This document shows, one piece after another, positions 8,869-18,071 of a DNA stretch of 64,000 bases. Position numbers and translations under genes: made by a program. The notes beneath the pieces were generated by a model, which saw only the letters and a list, made by a program, of their open reading frames with translations, searched no databases and was not told the origin of the DNA. The stretch lies in NCBI GenBank assembly GCA_011390575.1, contig JAABSE010000007.1, positions 2,684 through 66,683 on the forward strand. The letters are read 5' to 3'. How positions within the stretch are numbered: position 1 is the stretch's first letter; the number at the start of each line of letters is the position of its first letter. The stretch is from Sphingobacteriia bacterium (GTDB lineage: Bacteria; Bacteroidota; Bacteroidia; Bacteroidales; UBA7960).

Positions 8869-10245
8869 TTATTCATAAAAAAATCCCAGCGATTCCAGTC
8901 CCTGGTTTACTTCTTCATTTTTCATAAATACATCCCAAAGCAGCCCGGTTCTGTGGTTCTCAATCATTACTACAATGGGACCCTGATCAATGGCCAGGTA
9001 GCTCGATGCAAACCATTCTTCAGAAAGGTTGAAGGCATCTTTGAAGCCATAGTTTCCCCACAGATCATCATGGAGATAATAATAAAAAGTGCGCAGCGCT
9101 TTCATACTTTCTTCGGGTGTGTAGGGCATAGAGGATAATGCAGCGGTGGGCGTGATGGTTCCGTTGTCGTTTCCATGGAAGCCAAAGGGAGCATGGGCCT
9201 GATACCCAACAATGGGGTCATCACTGGCAGTTAATCCCCACAATGAATCGCTGTAGTGGCAGAAGTTCCCGGGATTGGAAATGGCATACCTGTGATTGAT
9301 GAGGCTGTGTATTCTGTTTTGCTCCCAGTAGCTGGCATATTGATCCTGCAAGCCCCTGGGGTCGAGGCCCAGGAAAGAGTAGTGTGCAAAGAACAAAGGG
9401 CCGCCAAAATCAACTCCCAGAGGCAGTTGCAAATCGTAAAAATTCCTTCCGTTTGCCATGTTACCGTTGCGAGCCCACCCCTGATGGTAAACATCCGGTG
9501 TGATGGGGTAGGTGGGCGATGATGCGGCCAATACATAAACAATCAGTGATTCGTTCCAACCGCTGATTTGCATGTTCATTTCAAAATCGTAATCAGCTGA
9601 CCAGTGCCAGTACAGCACATTTTCACCCTGGGTATACCATTGCCAGTTTACTCCATGCCACAGGGTATCAACCAGCACCCTGAGAGAATCTTCCAGGGGT
9701 GTTCCGGCGTCAAAATATTCTCTTGCCGCAATGAGCCCCTGTACCAGGAATGCTGTTTCTACCAAATCTCCTCCGTTATCTTTCTGGCTAAAGGGCAGTG
9801 CCTGACCTGTTGTCCCATCTATCCAGTGCGACCAGGCACCATGAAACCGGTCTGCGTCTTTCAGAAAATTGCTGATTTGCAGCATTCTTTGCAACACTTC
9901 TTCTCTTTCCAGCCAACCTCTTTCTGCTCCTGCCAGCATGGCCATGATGCCAAAGCCTGTCCCTCCGGTGGTAACCAGATTGCCCGAGGTGTTTCGCTCC
10001 CGGGCCATGCCACTGTTGGGCTCGGCAAAATCCCAGAAATATTTCAGGGTTTGCTGTTGCACCAGGTCGAGCAAAGCATCTTCTTCAAGTTCTTCTTCAA
10101 TTACCCTGGAGAGGACCGGACATCCGTTGGTATCGTCAATGGTATCATTGCCATTGTCGTCCGGAACTTCCACGTCGTCGCCACAGGCAATGAGTGAAAA
10201 AGAGAATATCAAGATGATTATATGAACAGGGAGTCTAAAGTGCAT
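8869..10245 (-). CDS. GH144-like / PF10091 'putative glucoamylase' family (alpha/alpha)6 lipoprotein, copy A
   Basis: 458 aa. The lipoprotein signal SLIAC is followed by acidic GDDVEVPDDNGND. It is a paralogue of 2893-4278 and lies immediately downstream of SusD. Same caveat on the family call as copy B. Confidence 0.55.
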   Translation of the reverse strand: MHFRLPVHIIILIFSFSLIACGDDVEVPDDNGNDTIDDTNGCPVLSRVIEEELEEDALLDLVQQQTLKYFWDFAEPNSGMARERNTSGNLVTTGGTGFGIMAMLAGAERGWLEREEVLQRMLQISNFLKDADRFHGAWSHWIDGTTGQALPFSQKDNGGDLVETAFLVQGLIAAREYFDAGTPLEDSLRVLVDTLWHGVNWQWYTQGENVLYWHWSADYDFEMNMQISGWNESLIVYVLAASSPTYPITPDVYHQGWARNGNMANGRNFYDLQLPLGVDFGGPLFFAHYSFLGLDPRGLQDQYASYWEQNRIHSLINHRYAISNPGNFCHYSDSLWGLTASDDPIVGYQAHAPFGFHGNDNGTITPTAALSSMPYTPEESMKALRTFYYYLHDDLWGNYGFKDAFNLSEEWFASSYLAIDQGPIVVMIENHRTGLLWDVFMKNEEVNQGLESLGFFYE

Positions 10246-10285
10246 TGTGATTCGTTATTTGGTTTATAAAAACCGGGTATTGGAA

Positions 10286-11734
10286 TTAATATCCGGGATT
10301 TTGGGTCAATACTCCGTCGCTGAGGTCAATCTGTGTCTGAGGGATGGGAAATACTTCATTTTTTCCTGTTTGAAACCCCAGACTGCCCAACTCCTGTGAA
10401 GCCCTTCCCGTTCTGATCAAATCGAAGAAACGGTGCTTTTCCATGGCCAGTTCAGCGCGTCTTTCATCCCAGACATCTTCCAGCGTGGGGCTGTTGATAG
10501 GATCTAGTCCGGCTCTTTGCCTTACGAGGTTGAGGGGTGTAGCCGCATCTCCTCCTGCATTAAGGGCTGCTTCCGCATTCATCAGCAAAACTTCTGCATA
10601 ACGAATGTAACGTATGTTGTGGTCGAGAGCATAATCGATGGTATTATAGCGTAATTCTGTATAAACCTTGTAGTTGTAATAAGGATTGGGGCAGTTGGCG
10701 TTGATGGAATCGCCTTCAGGAGTTCTGAATCCCCGGGGTAATACAGTGGCAAATTTGCGGATTTCATCGTCGCGGCTGTCAAAAAAATCAATGAGCTTCT
10801 CCGAAGGTACATTGAAACCCCAACCTTGCATACGGGCAAAATTGTTGCGGGGGCCTTGCACGAATCCATATTCGCATCGGTATCTTCCCTGATCGCGTGA
10901 GGTAAGCTGTAGTTCGAAAACTGACTCGGAGGAGTTTTGTCCAATAACACGGAACAGGCTGTAAAAATCGGGATACAAAGAATAGGTGTTGGAAAGGATG
11001 ATTTCGTCGGTCTGGAATTTTACCTCAGCCCATCTGTCCTGATACATGTATGCTCTGGCAAGTAATGCCCGGGCGGCGCCACGGGTAGCCCGGCCTGCTT
11101 CCTCCAGGGGATAATTTGCAGGAAGCTGCTCTATGGCGTACAACAGATCTGTTTCTATAAAGTCATACACTTCTTCTCTGGTAGAACGGGGAATTTTGGC
11201 AAACTCTTCAGCGGTGAGGGTGGTATCAACTATGGGCACCCCGCCAAAAGCCAGATTGAGCCTGAGATAAAGAAAAGCCCTGAGAAACCTGGCTTCTGCC
11301 ACCAGGGGATCCCTTACTGCTTCATCGTCAAAATTAAGATCGAGTAAAGTATTGATGGCAAAATTTGCATTGCCGATTACACTGTAATGGTCATTCCAAA
11401 AACTCAGAAACAAATCATTTTCGGGTCCGTAAGTAAAGGCATTTAATTCGATCATGGCTGGTGAATCATCAGGAGTACTGCCTTTATCGGCATCGTCGCT
11501 GGTTATTTCAAACATGCCTATGTAGGGAAAAACACTGACACCCCAGCTTCTCATGCCGCCGTATACAGCACTTACATAACGGAATCCTTCTTCAGCTGTG
11601 GGCTCTCTTTCATAATCGATGGGTAGTTCTCCCTCAGGAGAAACGTCCAGAAAATCATCGCAAGCACTGAAGCTGAAAGCAACAGTGAAAATGATAATGA
11701 AAACGGATGCTATTTTGAATTGTATTTTTTGCAT
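10286..11734 (-). CDS. susD: SusD/RagB-family outer-membrane glycan-binding lipoprotein
   Basis: 482 aa with lipoprotein signal FSFSAC-DD, directly downstream of SusC. It has the SusD-like C-terminal block ERRAELAMEKHRFFDLIRTGRA. Confidence 0.9.
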   Translation of the reverse strand: MQKIQFKIASVFIIIFTVAFSFSACDDFLDVSPEGELPIDYEREPTAEEGFRYVSAVYGGMRSWGVSVFPYIGMFEITSDDADKGSTPDDSPAMIELNAFTYGPENDLFLSFWNDHYSVIGNANFAINTLLDLNFDDEAVRDPLVAEARFLRAFLYLRLNLAFGGVPIVDTTLTAEEFAKIPRSTREEVYDFIETDLLYAIEQLPANYPLEEAGRATRGAARALLARAYMYQDRWAEVKFQTDEIILSNTYSLYPDFYSLFRVIGQNSSESVFELQLTSRDQGRYRCEYGFVQGPRNNFARMQGWGFNVPSEKLIDFFDSRDDEIRKFATVLPRGFRTPEGDSINANCPNPYYNYKVYTELRYNTIDYALDHNIRYIRYAEVLLMNAEAALNAGGDAATPLNLVRQRAGLDPINSPTLEDVWDERRAELAMEKHRFFDLIRTGRASQELGSLGFQTGKNEVFPIPQTQIDLSDGVLTQNPGY

Positions 11735-11800
11735 GGCTGATGTTTTTTAACTGTTTGACATTTTTTGTTCGAAACCAATGTTTTGCTGTGTATTGTATTG

Positions 11801-14800
11801 TTAAAATGTCACATTGATTCCGGCAGTAAAGGTTGCGCTGAGCGGATAGGTGTCGTTGTCAATCCCTGTAGCGATTGGTGAACCTCCAATTTCGGGTGTG
11901 TATCCGTTGTATGCGAAAAGGGTAAGAGGGTTTTGTGCCGAAACATACACCCTGAGGCTTTGCATGCGAAGAGTTTGTCTTATATTCTCAGGCAGGGTAT
12001 ATCCAATCTGAATATTCCTTATCCTGACATAACTTCCTGACTCCACAAAAAAGGAATTGGGGAAAATGTTCCGTCGTGTAAGAGCCGCTGAAGGGTAGGT
12101 GTTTGATGTACCGCTTCCCTGCCAGTAGTTGTCGTAAAAATCTTTGTCATAGTTGGCATCGGGAAAAATATTACGGATAGTGCGTTTGGCATTATAAATT
12201 TTGTTGCCATAAACCCCCTGGATTACTACAGAAGCATCCCATTGCCTGTAATTAAAGTTGGCTGTAAAACCATAAGTGAAAGTGGGAATAGGACTGCCCA
12301 GCATCATACGGTCTTCGTCGTCAATGCGGTCATCTCCGTTCACATTTTCAAAAATAAAGTCACCGGGCAGAGCATCGGGTTGTAATATGACACCATTGTC
12401 GCTGGTATATTCATTTATTTCGGTGAGGCTTTGAAATACACCTATTACGTTGTAACCGAAAAAAGCTCCTACAGGCTGTCCGACAGTCGCACGGGTAAGA
12501 AACTGTCCGTTGGACAAGGCTCCGAAAAGTACACCGGATTCATTTCTTATTTCCAGCACTTCATTATCAACGGTGGAGATGTTTCCACTGAAAGAGTATT
12601 TGAATTCGCTTGAAGTGTTGCTGTTATTCCAGCCCATGGAAAGGTCAATGCCCCGGTTTCTGATTTTTCCGTTGTTGCCCAGCAATTCCACTGTGCCTGA
12701 TACTCCCGGGATAGTGAGCGTAAAAACAGCATTGTCAGTAATACGGTTGTAAAAGTCAAGTTCAATACTCAGCCTGTTAGAAAAGGTGAATATTTCCAAA
12801 CCTGCATTGAACTCTTCTATGGTTTCCCATATCAGGAAGTTGTTGTAAACGGTCTGGAAAGTAAGTCCCGGCACAGGGTTGTTGCTTCCAAAAATTCCGG
12901 TAGTTCCGGGTCCGGGGCTTCCTGTAATCTGAACTGAATTGGCGGGAACATTGTTATTGCCCAGTTGTCCCCAGCTACCTCTCAGTTTCAGGTAATCGAA
13001 AGTATTCTGATTGCTCATAAAATCTTCCTGGCTGATAACCCATCCCAGACCCAGAGAAGGAAAGTACCCCCAGGGGTCATTGTATCTGGAAGAACCGTCT
13101 GCCCTTATGGTGGCCGTGGCCATGTATTTTGAGTCGTAATTGTAGCTTACCCTGGAAAAAAAGGAAGCTACTCTGCTTTTAAATCCTCCATCATTTCCAT
13201 CCCTGCTAGTGTCGTCACCCAATCGAATGTAGGGTTTTTCATCAGGAAGTTGCGGAACATTGAATCCGGTAGCAGTGAGATAGTTGGAAAAAAACTCCTG
13301 TAAAGAGGATCCTGCCATAATTTTCAGGCTGTGCCTGGTAAAGAGCCTGCTGTATTCAAGGGTGTTGTCAAACTGCAGGTTTCTGCTGAAATCGTTGTTT
13401 TTGTTCAGCGAACTGGTGGTATTGGCCTGTAAGCCTGAAACGTAGTAGGTTGGGTTGAAGTTTTCGCGCTGGCCAAATGATAAGTTGGCACTCAGGCTGC
13501 TTCTGAAATTGAAATATTCCCCGAAATCGGCCGAAAGGTAGGTGCTGGGGATGAGTTTGTATTCTTCATTTACAACATCGTGGTAATAGGCGCTTGCCAT
13601 AGGGTTGGCAAATGGACCGGAAAAGCCCAGTGCTGTGGGGTCGGTCCACTCTCCGTTATCCTGGCGTGCTTCAAAAGCCGGAGGGGCAACATAACCCTGA
13701 AACAGGGCGTAATTGTAAGCAGGGGTGCTGTTGTTTTTAGAAAAAATCAGGTTATAGCCGATATCTAAATTATTAAAATAGTAATCGTTCTTTGCCCGGA
13801 AGTTGAGCCTGTTGAAATTATTGTTATTATCGGGGTTGTGTGAGTCCAGGATGCCATCCTGGTAAAGATAACCTAGCCCGTAGCTGTAGGAAGAGTTGTC
13901 GGTGCCTCCTGAGATGCTTACTTCGTGACTGGTTATCAAGGCAGCCCGGGTAAGTTCTTCGTACCAGTTGGTACTCAGAGTGTGCATTGAGGGGTCAATC
14001 ATGTTGCCCACACCTGTCAAGCCTGTACGCTGATTCAATAGTTCAATATATTGGTCAGTATTGGCCATTTCCATTATATTGGTGGCCTGTTGAAATCCGG
14101 TATAAGATGAAAAGTTTACCTGTGTATCTCCTTTTTTTCCTTCTTTGGTTGTAACCAGAATAACTCCGTTGGCGGCCTGCACTCCGTAAATTGCCCCGGC
14201 TGAAGCATCCTTCAAAATGGTGTAGGACTCTATGTCGTTGTTGTTGAGGAAATTGATGTTTTCAACAATTACTCCATCCACCACCCACAAAGGGCCGCCG
14301 CCATCGCCAAATACTGTGCTTATTCCCCTTATTCTGATTAGGGGCTGGCTGCCCGGCTCGCCGGAATTGGTTACCTGCAGCCCTGCTACTTTACCTTGCA
14401 GTGCCTGGGCAGGGTTGGAGGTAATCTGGCGCGAAATCTCTTCTGAGCGTATCGTGGTTATGGGGGCTGTTAAGTCTTGTCTCGTTCCGGTTCCGTAACC
14501 TATAAAAACAACTTCCTGCAGATTGGTAATATCTGCGCCCAGGGCAACGTTGATAATGTTTCGGCCATCAACCGGTTCTTCATGGCTGGCCATCCCGATA
14601 AATGAGAAGATCAATACAGCGTCCTCATTCGCTGTTAGTTCATAGCGCCCGTCCATATTGGTTTGGGTCCCCTGGGTGGTGTTTTTGATCTTAACGGTAA
14701 CCCCGGGCAGGGTAGACCCGTCAGCAGCATCTGTAACAACACCGCTGATTTGGATCTGCCCATATCCCGTGAAAACAACACCTATGAAAAGTAAGTAAGC

Positions 14801-14821
14801 AATGAGTAGTTTTTTCTTCAT
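11801..14821 (-). CDS. susC: SusC/RagA-family TonB-dependent outer-membrane transporter
   Basis: 1006 aa. The signal peptide ends GYG|QIQ. It has an N-terminal carboxypeptidase-regulatory-like domain (ISGVVTDAADGSTLPGVTVKIKN...MDGRYEL), a plug region, and a long barrel ending in an aromatic residue (...AGINVTF). Confidence 0.95.
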   Translation of the reverse strand: MKKKLLIAYLLFIGVVFTGYGQIQISGVVTDAADGSTLPGVTVKIKNTTQGTQTNMDGRYELTANEDAVLIFSFIGMASHEEPVDGRNIINVALGADITNLQEVVFIGYGTGTRQDLTAPITTIRSEEISRQITSNPAQALQGKVAGLQVTNSGEPGSQPLIRIRGISTVFGDGGGPLWVVDGVIVENINFLNNNDIESYTILKDASAGAIYGVQAANGVILVTTKEGKKGDTQVNFSSYTGFQQATNIMEMANTDQYIELLNQRTGLTGVGNMIDPSMHTLSTNWYEELTRAALITSHEVSISGGTDNSSYSYGLGYLYQDGILDSHNPDNNNNFNRLNFRAKNDYYFNNLDIGYNLIFSKNNSTPAYNYALFQGYVAPPAFEARQDNGEWTDPTALGFSGPFANPMASAYYHDVVNEEYKLIPSTYLSADFGEYFNFRSSLSANLSFGQRENFNPTYYVSGLQANTTSSLNKNNDFSRNLQFDNTLEYSRLFTRHSLKIMAGSSLQEFFSNYLTATGFNVPQLPDEKPYIRLGDDTSRDGNDGGFKSRVASFFSRVSYNYDSKYMATATIRADGSSRYNDPWGYFPSLGLGWVISQEDFMSNQNTFDYLKLRGSWGQLGNNNVPANSVQITGSPGPGTTGIFGSNNPVPGLTFQTVYNNFLIWETIEEFNAGLEIFTFSNRLSIELDFYNRITDNAVFTLTIPGVSGTVELLGNNGKIRNRGIDLSMGWNNSNTSSEFKYSFSGNISTVDNEVLEIRNESGVLFGALSNGQFLTRATVGQPVGAFFGYNVIGVFQSLTEINEYTSDNGVILQPDALPGDFIFENVNGDDRIDDEDRMMLGSPIPTFTYGFTANFNYRQWDASVVIQGVYGNKIYNAKRTIRNIFPDANYDKDFYDNYWQGSGTSNTYPSAALTRRNIFPNSFFVESGSYVRIRNIQIGYTLPENIRQTLRMQSLRVYVSAQNPLTLFAYNGYTPEIGGSPIATGIDNDTYPLSATFTAGINVTF

Positions 14822-15193
14822 AGCAAAGTGTTTTGAATTTTATGATATAAGGGTTGATGTTTTGAAGTATGATAAAAATTCCTGACGCTGAGGAATATGC
14901 ATCATAAATGTACTGTTTCCGACATGGGCAAGTCAACTTTTTGACCGTAAATCAGTTTCACATAATTCCGAAAACGTTTGCGGACACCTTAACTTTACCC
15001 TAACAGAGTAGATTAAAGTATTGAAAAGCAAGGCGATAAGAAAATTAAACCGTACTTTTTTTATCGAAGTTTTTTAAGGATGGAGAGGTCAGGGAAATGG
15101 GAAAAACGTAGATAAGGCATAGAACTCCGCAGACAAAACATTTTTGTTAGTAAGGAAGGATAAGGTGTTGGTTGAAAGCTTTGCTCAAATTGT

Positions 15194-17995
15194 TTAATCC
15201 GTATGATTAAACTCTTCTTTCATGAGAAATTCTACGAGGTTTTCTTCCTGCGATAAGTTCAGTTTTTTTCTTAACCGGTGTCTGCTGACTTCCACGCCGC
15301 GTGCAGAAATATTTAACAGCTGGGCAATTTCCTTGGTGTTGAAATTCATGCGCAGATAGGAGCAAAGTCTCAGGTCGTTGGGAGTGAGACTGGGATAACT
15401 TTCCTTCAATACCTTAAAAAATCCTTGCTGAGATAATTTCAGATTGTTCATGGCATTTTCCCATTCCACACTTTGTGTTCCCAAACCCTGCTCAATAACT
15501 TTTTCCATGTTTTTGATGTGCTTTACGGGATATTTTGCGGATTGTTCTTTGAGGGTGGTAATCTGCTTTTTCAAATCATTGAGAATGTTGTCTTTGAGCA
15601 ACAGGTGCCGCATGGTAAGCATAAGTTCATAGCTTTTATAATCAAGCTCTTTTTCCAGGCTGTTTTGTTTTACTTCCATGGCCACCAGTTCTCTCTGCCG
15701 GCTGATTTCAAAACGGAAAAATTTGAAAAGTCCCCAGATAAGCGCCAACAGGGCAATTACATAAATAACAATCGCAGTGTTGGAGATAAAAAAGGGTTTG
15801 GCAATGGTGAAGTTAGTTTTTATAACTTCCTGGGCATCACTCATAATTTCAAGCGTGTATTTTCCATGTTTCAGATCCAGATAGGTAAACTGATTAAGGG
15901 TTGTTATCTGCCACGCCAGATCAAGTTCCCGGATACGGAAATACCAGGTTCTGGGAAACTGGCTAAAATTGGATGGGTCTGCAAAAAATACGGTAAGATT
16001 ATTGGAATATGAGGGAATCTTGCCTTCGGGAAATGATTTGAACCAGGATAGTGTGTCCCGTTTTCCGTAGAATATCAGATTTTCGAATTGCAACCGGCTG
16101 ATTTCATTTCGCTGCTCTGCTATAGCGACATTAAAAGCATTGAAATTCTGAGGGCTTGGAATCAAAAGGGTGTTTTTTTCCAGGGAGACCAGCTGGATTT
16201 TCCGTTGAGGGAGGTTGATGTTTTCCTGGGGTATTTCCATGATTTTTGTAGCTGAAAAGTCCAGGTTGATTTCGAACAGAGCAATTTTATCGTTTCTGAA
16301 AAACCAGTATAGATTTCTGTGAAAGTGGCTTATTTGTGCAGCAAGTGCAAAGTCTTCAAGGTCATGGGTAAGGGTTTCAAAAGGGATGATCTGATTTCTG
16401 ACAAAATCCCAGGTATAAAGATTTTCTCCGGTAGTAAAAACCACTCTGTTGTTGATTTTGAATACTTTGATGTTGTGGGTAATTTTTTCTATTTCGGAGA
16501 AATGTTCTATGTCGGCCACCGAATCAAGGTCTTCGGTTAGCTCGATTTTGTAAACCCCTTTCTGATGGTGTGAGGCCCATACATAGCCCAGGTAATCTGT
16601 TTCAAGATACCTGATGGGTTCCTGAAATCCTTCGATTTTGTTTCGAAATTGCCATTGGTCCTTTTGACCCTTTTCAAGAACTACGATGCCGGTATAGGTA
16701 CCCCCGATTACGTATTCTCCCAATGGAGTGAAAGCCCAGCCCCCGGTTACAGATGAAACCAATTCCAGGTGATTGTCCCGGACAATAAAAGTTCCTTCAT
16801 TGTGGCCGCAGATGATTTGACCGTCAATTTCTTCCAGGGTCCATACCTGGCCCTGGCTTCCGGAGATAAAATCGAGATTGTAGAAGCTGAAAATGTGACC
16901 CTTTTTCTGAATTTCCGTTTTGAAAAGTCCGTGATTGGTGCCAATGTATAAAATGTTGTCTTTCTCAAGCAGCGCATAAATGGTGCCCAGTGTACCTCCC
17001 AGGCTTTTGTAAAATGTAAAGGGTGAGAGCAGGTCAATATAACTGGCTCCTTCGTCAAGCCCGGTCCACAAACCCATGTCGGCATCCAGCAGCATGGATA
17101 AAACGGTATTGTTGTTGAGTCCGTTATTGGTATTATACCGGCGTTGAATGTTTCCACTGTTATCGGTGATAATGACCCCGTTAAGTATCGACCCAAAAGC
17201 ATATGTGCTGTCGCTGAGCTGTTTTGCTGTATTACAATTGTAGTTTTCCAGGAATTCAGAAGCTTCAGACCGGAAATAGCTGAACCGGTTCCCGTCGTAA
17301 AGATATAAACCTGCATTATCGGTTCCGATTAACCATTGGTTTGCTCCGTAAGGTATAATGGCGTGCACTTTCTCTCCGGCAAATAATTCGCTGTTTTCAA
17401 TGAAGTCGAATTCTCCGTTTTCAAACCAGAACAATCCGGTATCAATAATCTGAACGATAAACCGATCCGTAACCTGATGCATAAAAAGCATGGTATAGGG
17501 AGCCTTTACCTGCTCAATCTGTTCATTGTTGTAAATGTATATCGATGTAAAGGATTGGAAATAAATCTTTCCTTCACGGGTGAAAATTTTCCAGATTTCA
17601 TCGTTTTTATCCGGTTTTTTCAAATAAGAAAGAGATCTGTAGGCGAGTTCTCCGGTTGTTGAACGCTCCCAGTATCCAAACTCTTCAAAAGAACCCGTAT
17701 AGATTCTTCCATTCTCATGGGCCAACACCGATCTCACCGGAAGATTTTCCTGTAAAGTGTAGGTTTTTCTGCTGATGCCATTGAATTCAATCAATCCTTC
17801 AGAGTTGGCAAAATAAATAAAATGGGTTTCAGGGCTTTGGGAGATGGCCCAGTTTTGATTGCGCAGGTCCAGGGTTTGATTGAGGTAGGCATGAATTTCC
17901 GGGAGCTCCATTTTAAGCGCCTTCACAGAGAAAGAGACAAAAAGCCCCAAAAGAAGTAGTGACAAGCTTGCTATGGAAAACTTATGCCTGGTCAT
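15194..17995 (-). CDS. Membrane-bound one-component regulator: a periplasmic beta-propeller/Y_Y_Y sensor (HTCS-like), one TM helix and a C-terminal LuxR-type HTH, with no kinase or receiver domain
   Basis: 933 aa. It has an N-terminal signal/anchor and repeated propeller-like blocks (NAGLYLYDGNRF, GLWTGLDEGASYI, LYIGTNHGLFK). A Y_Y_Y-like segment is present (WYFRIRELDLAW...KHGKYTLEI), followed by a TM helix (AIVIYVIALLALIWGLF). The C-terminal HTH reads LTPNDLRLCSYLRMNFNTKEIAQLLNISARGVEVSRHRLRKKL. Confidence 0.75.
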   Translation of the reverse strand: MTRHKFSIASLSLLLLGLFVSFSVKALKMELPEIHAYLNQTLDLRNQNWAISQSPETHFIYFANSEGLIEFNGISRKTYTLQENLPVRSVLAHENGRIYTGSFEEFGYWERSTTGELAYRSLSYLKKPDKNDEIWKIFTREGKIYFQSFTSIYIYNNEQIEQVKAPYTMLFMHQVTDRFIVQIIDTGLFWFENGEFDFIENSELFAGEKVHAIIPYGANQWLIGTDNAGLYLYDGNRFSYFRSEASEFLENYNCNTAKQLSDSTYAFGSILNGVIITDNSGNIQRRYNTNNGLNNNTVLSMLLDADMGLWTGLDEGASYIDLLSPFTFYKSLGGTLGTIYALLEKDNILYIGTNHGLFKTEIQKKGHIFSFYNLDFISGSQGQVWTLEEIDGQIICGHNEGTFIVRDNHLELVSSVTGGWAFTPLGEYVIGGTYTGIVVLEKGQKDQWQFRNKIEGFQEPIRYLETDYLGYVWASHHQKGVYKIELTEDLDSVADIEHFSEIEKITHNIKVFKINNRVVFTTGENLYTWDFVRNQIIPFETLTHDLEDFALAAQISHFHRNLYWFFRNDKIALFEINLDFSATKIMEIPQENINLPQRKIQLVSLEKNTLLIPSPQNFNAFNVAIAEQRNEISRLQFENLIFYGKRDTLSWFKSFPEGKIPSYSNNLTVFFADPSNFSQFPRTWYFRIRELDLAWQITTLNQFTYLDLKHGKYTLEIMSDAQEVIKTNFTIAKPFFISNTAIVIYVIALLALIWGLFKFFRFEISRQRELVAMEVKQNSLEKELDYKSYELMLTMRHLLLKDNILNDLKKQITTLKEQSAKYPVKHIKNMEKVIEQGLGTQSVEWENAMNNLKLSQQGFFKVLKESYPSLTPNDLRLCSYLRMNFNTKEIAQLLNISARGVEVSRHRLRKKLNLSQEENLVEFLMKEEFNHTD

Positions 17996-18071
17996 AATCG
18001 TAGTTCAGTGGTGTTTGTATTAGCATGGTTGCAGCGACCGTATTTCAGGTGGCTGCTGGCTAAGATATGTA

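Noticed and set aside
17996-18071. A hairpin, GCAGCGACC-N8-GGTGGCTGC, between the small EEP gene and the regulator gene, considered as a terminator
   Set aside because: The stem has a central mismatch and no T-run follows on either strand. The evidence is insufficient to call it a terminator.
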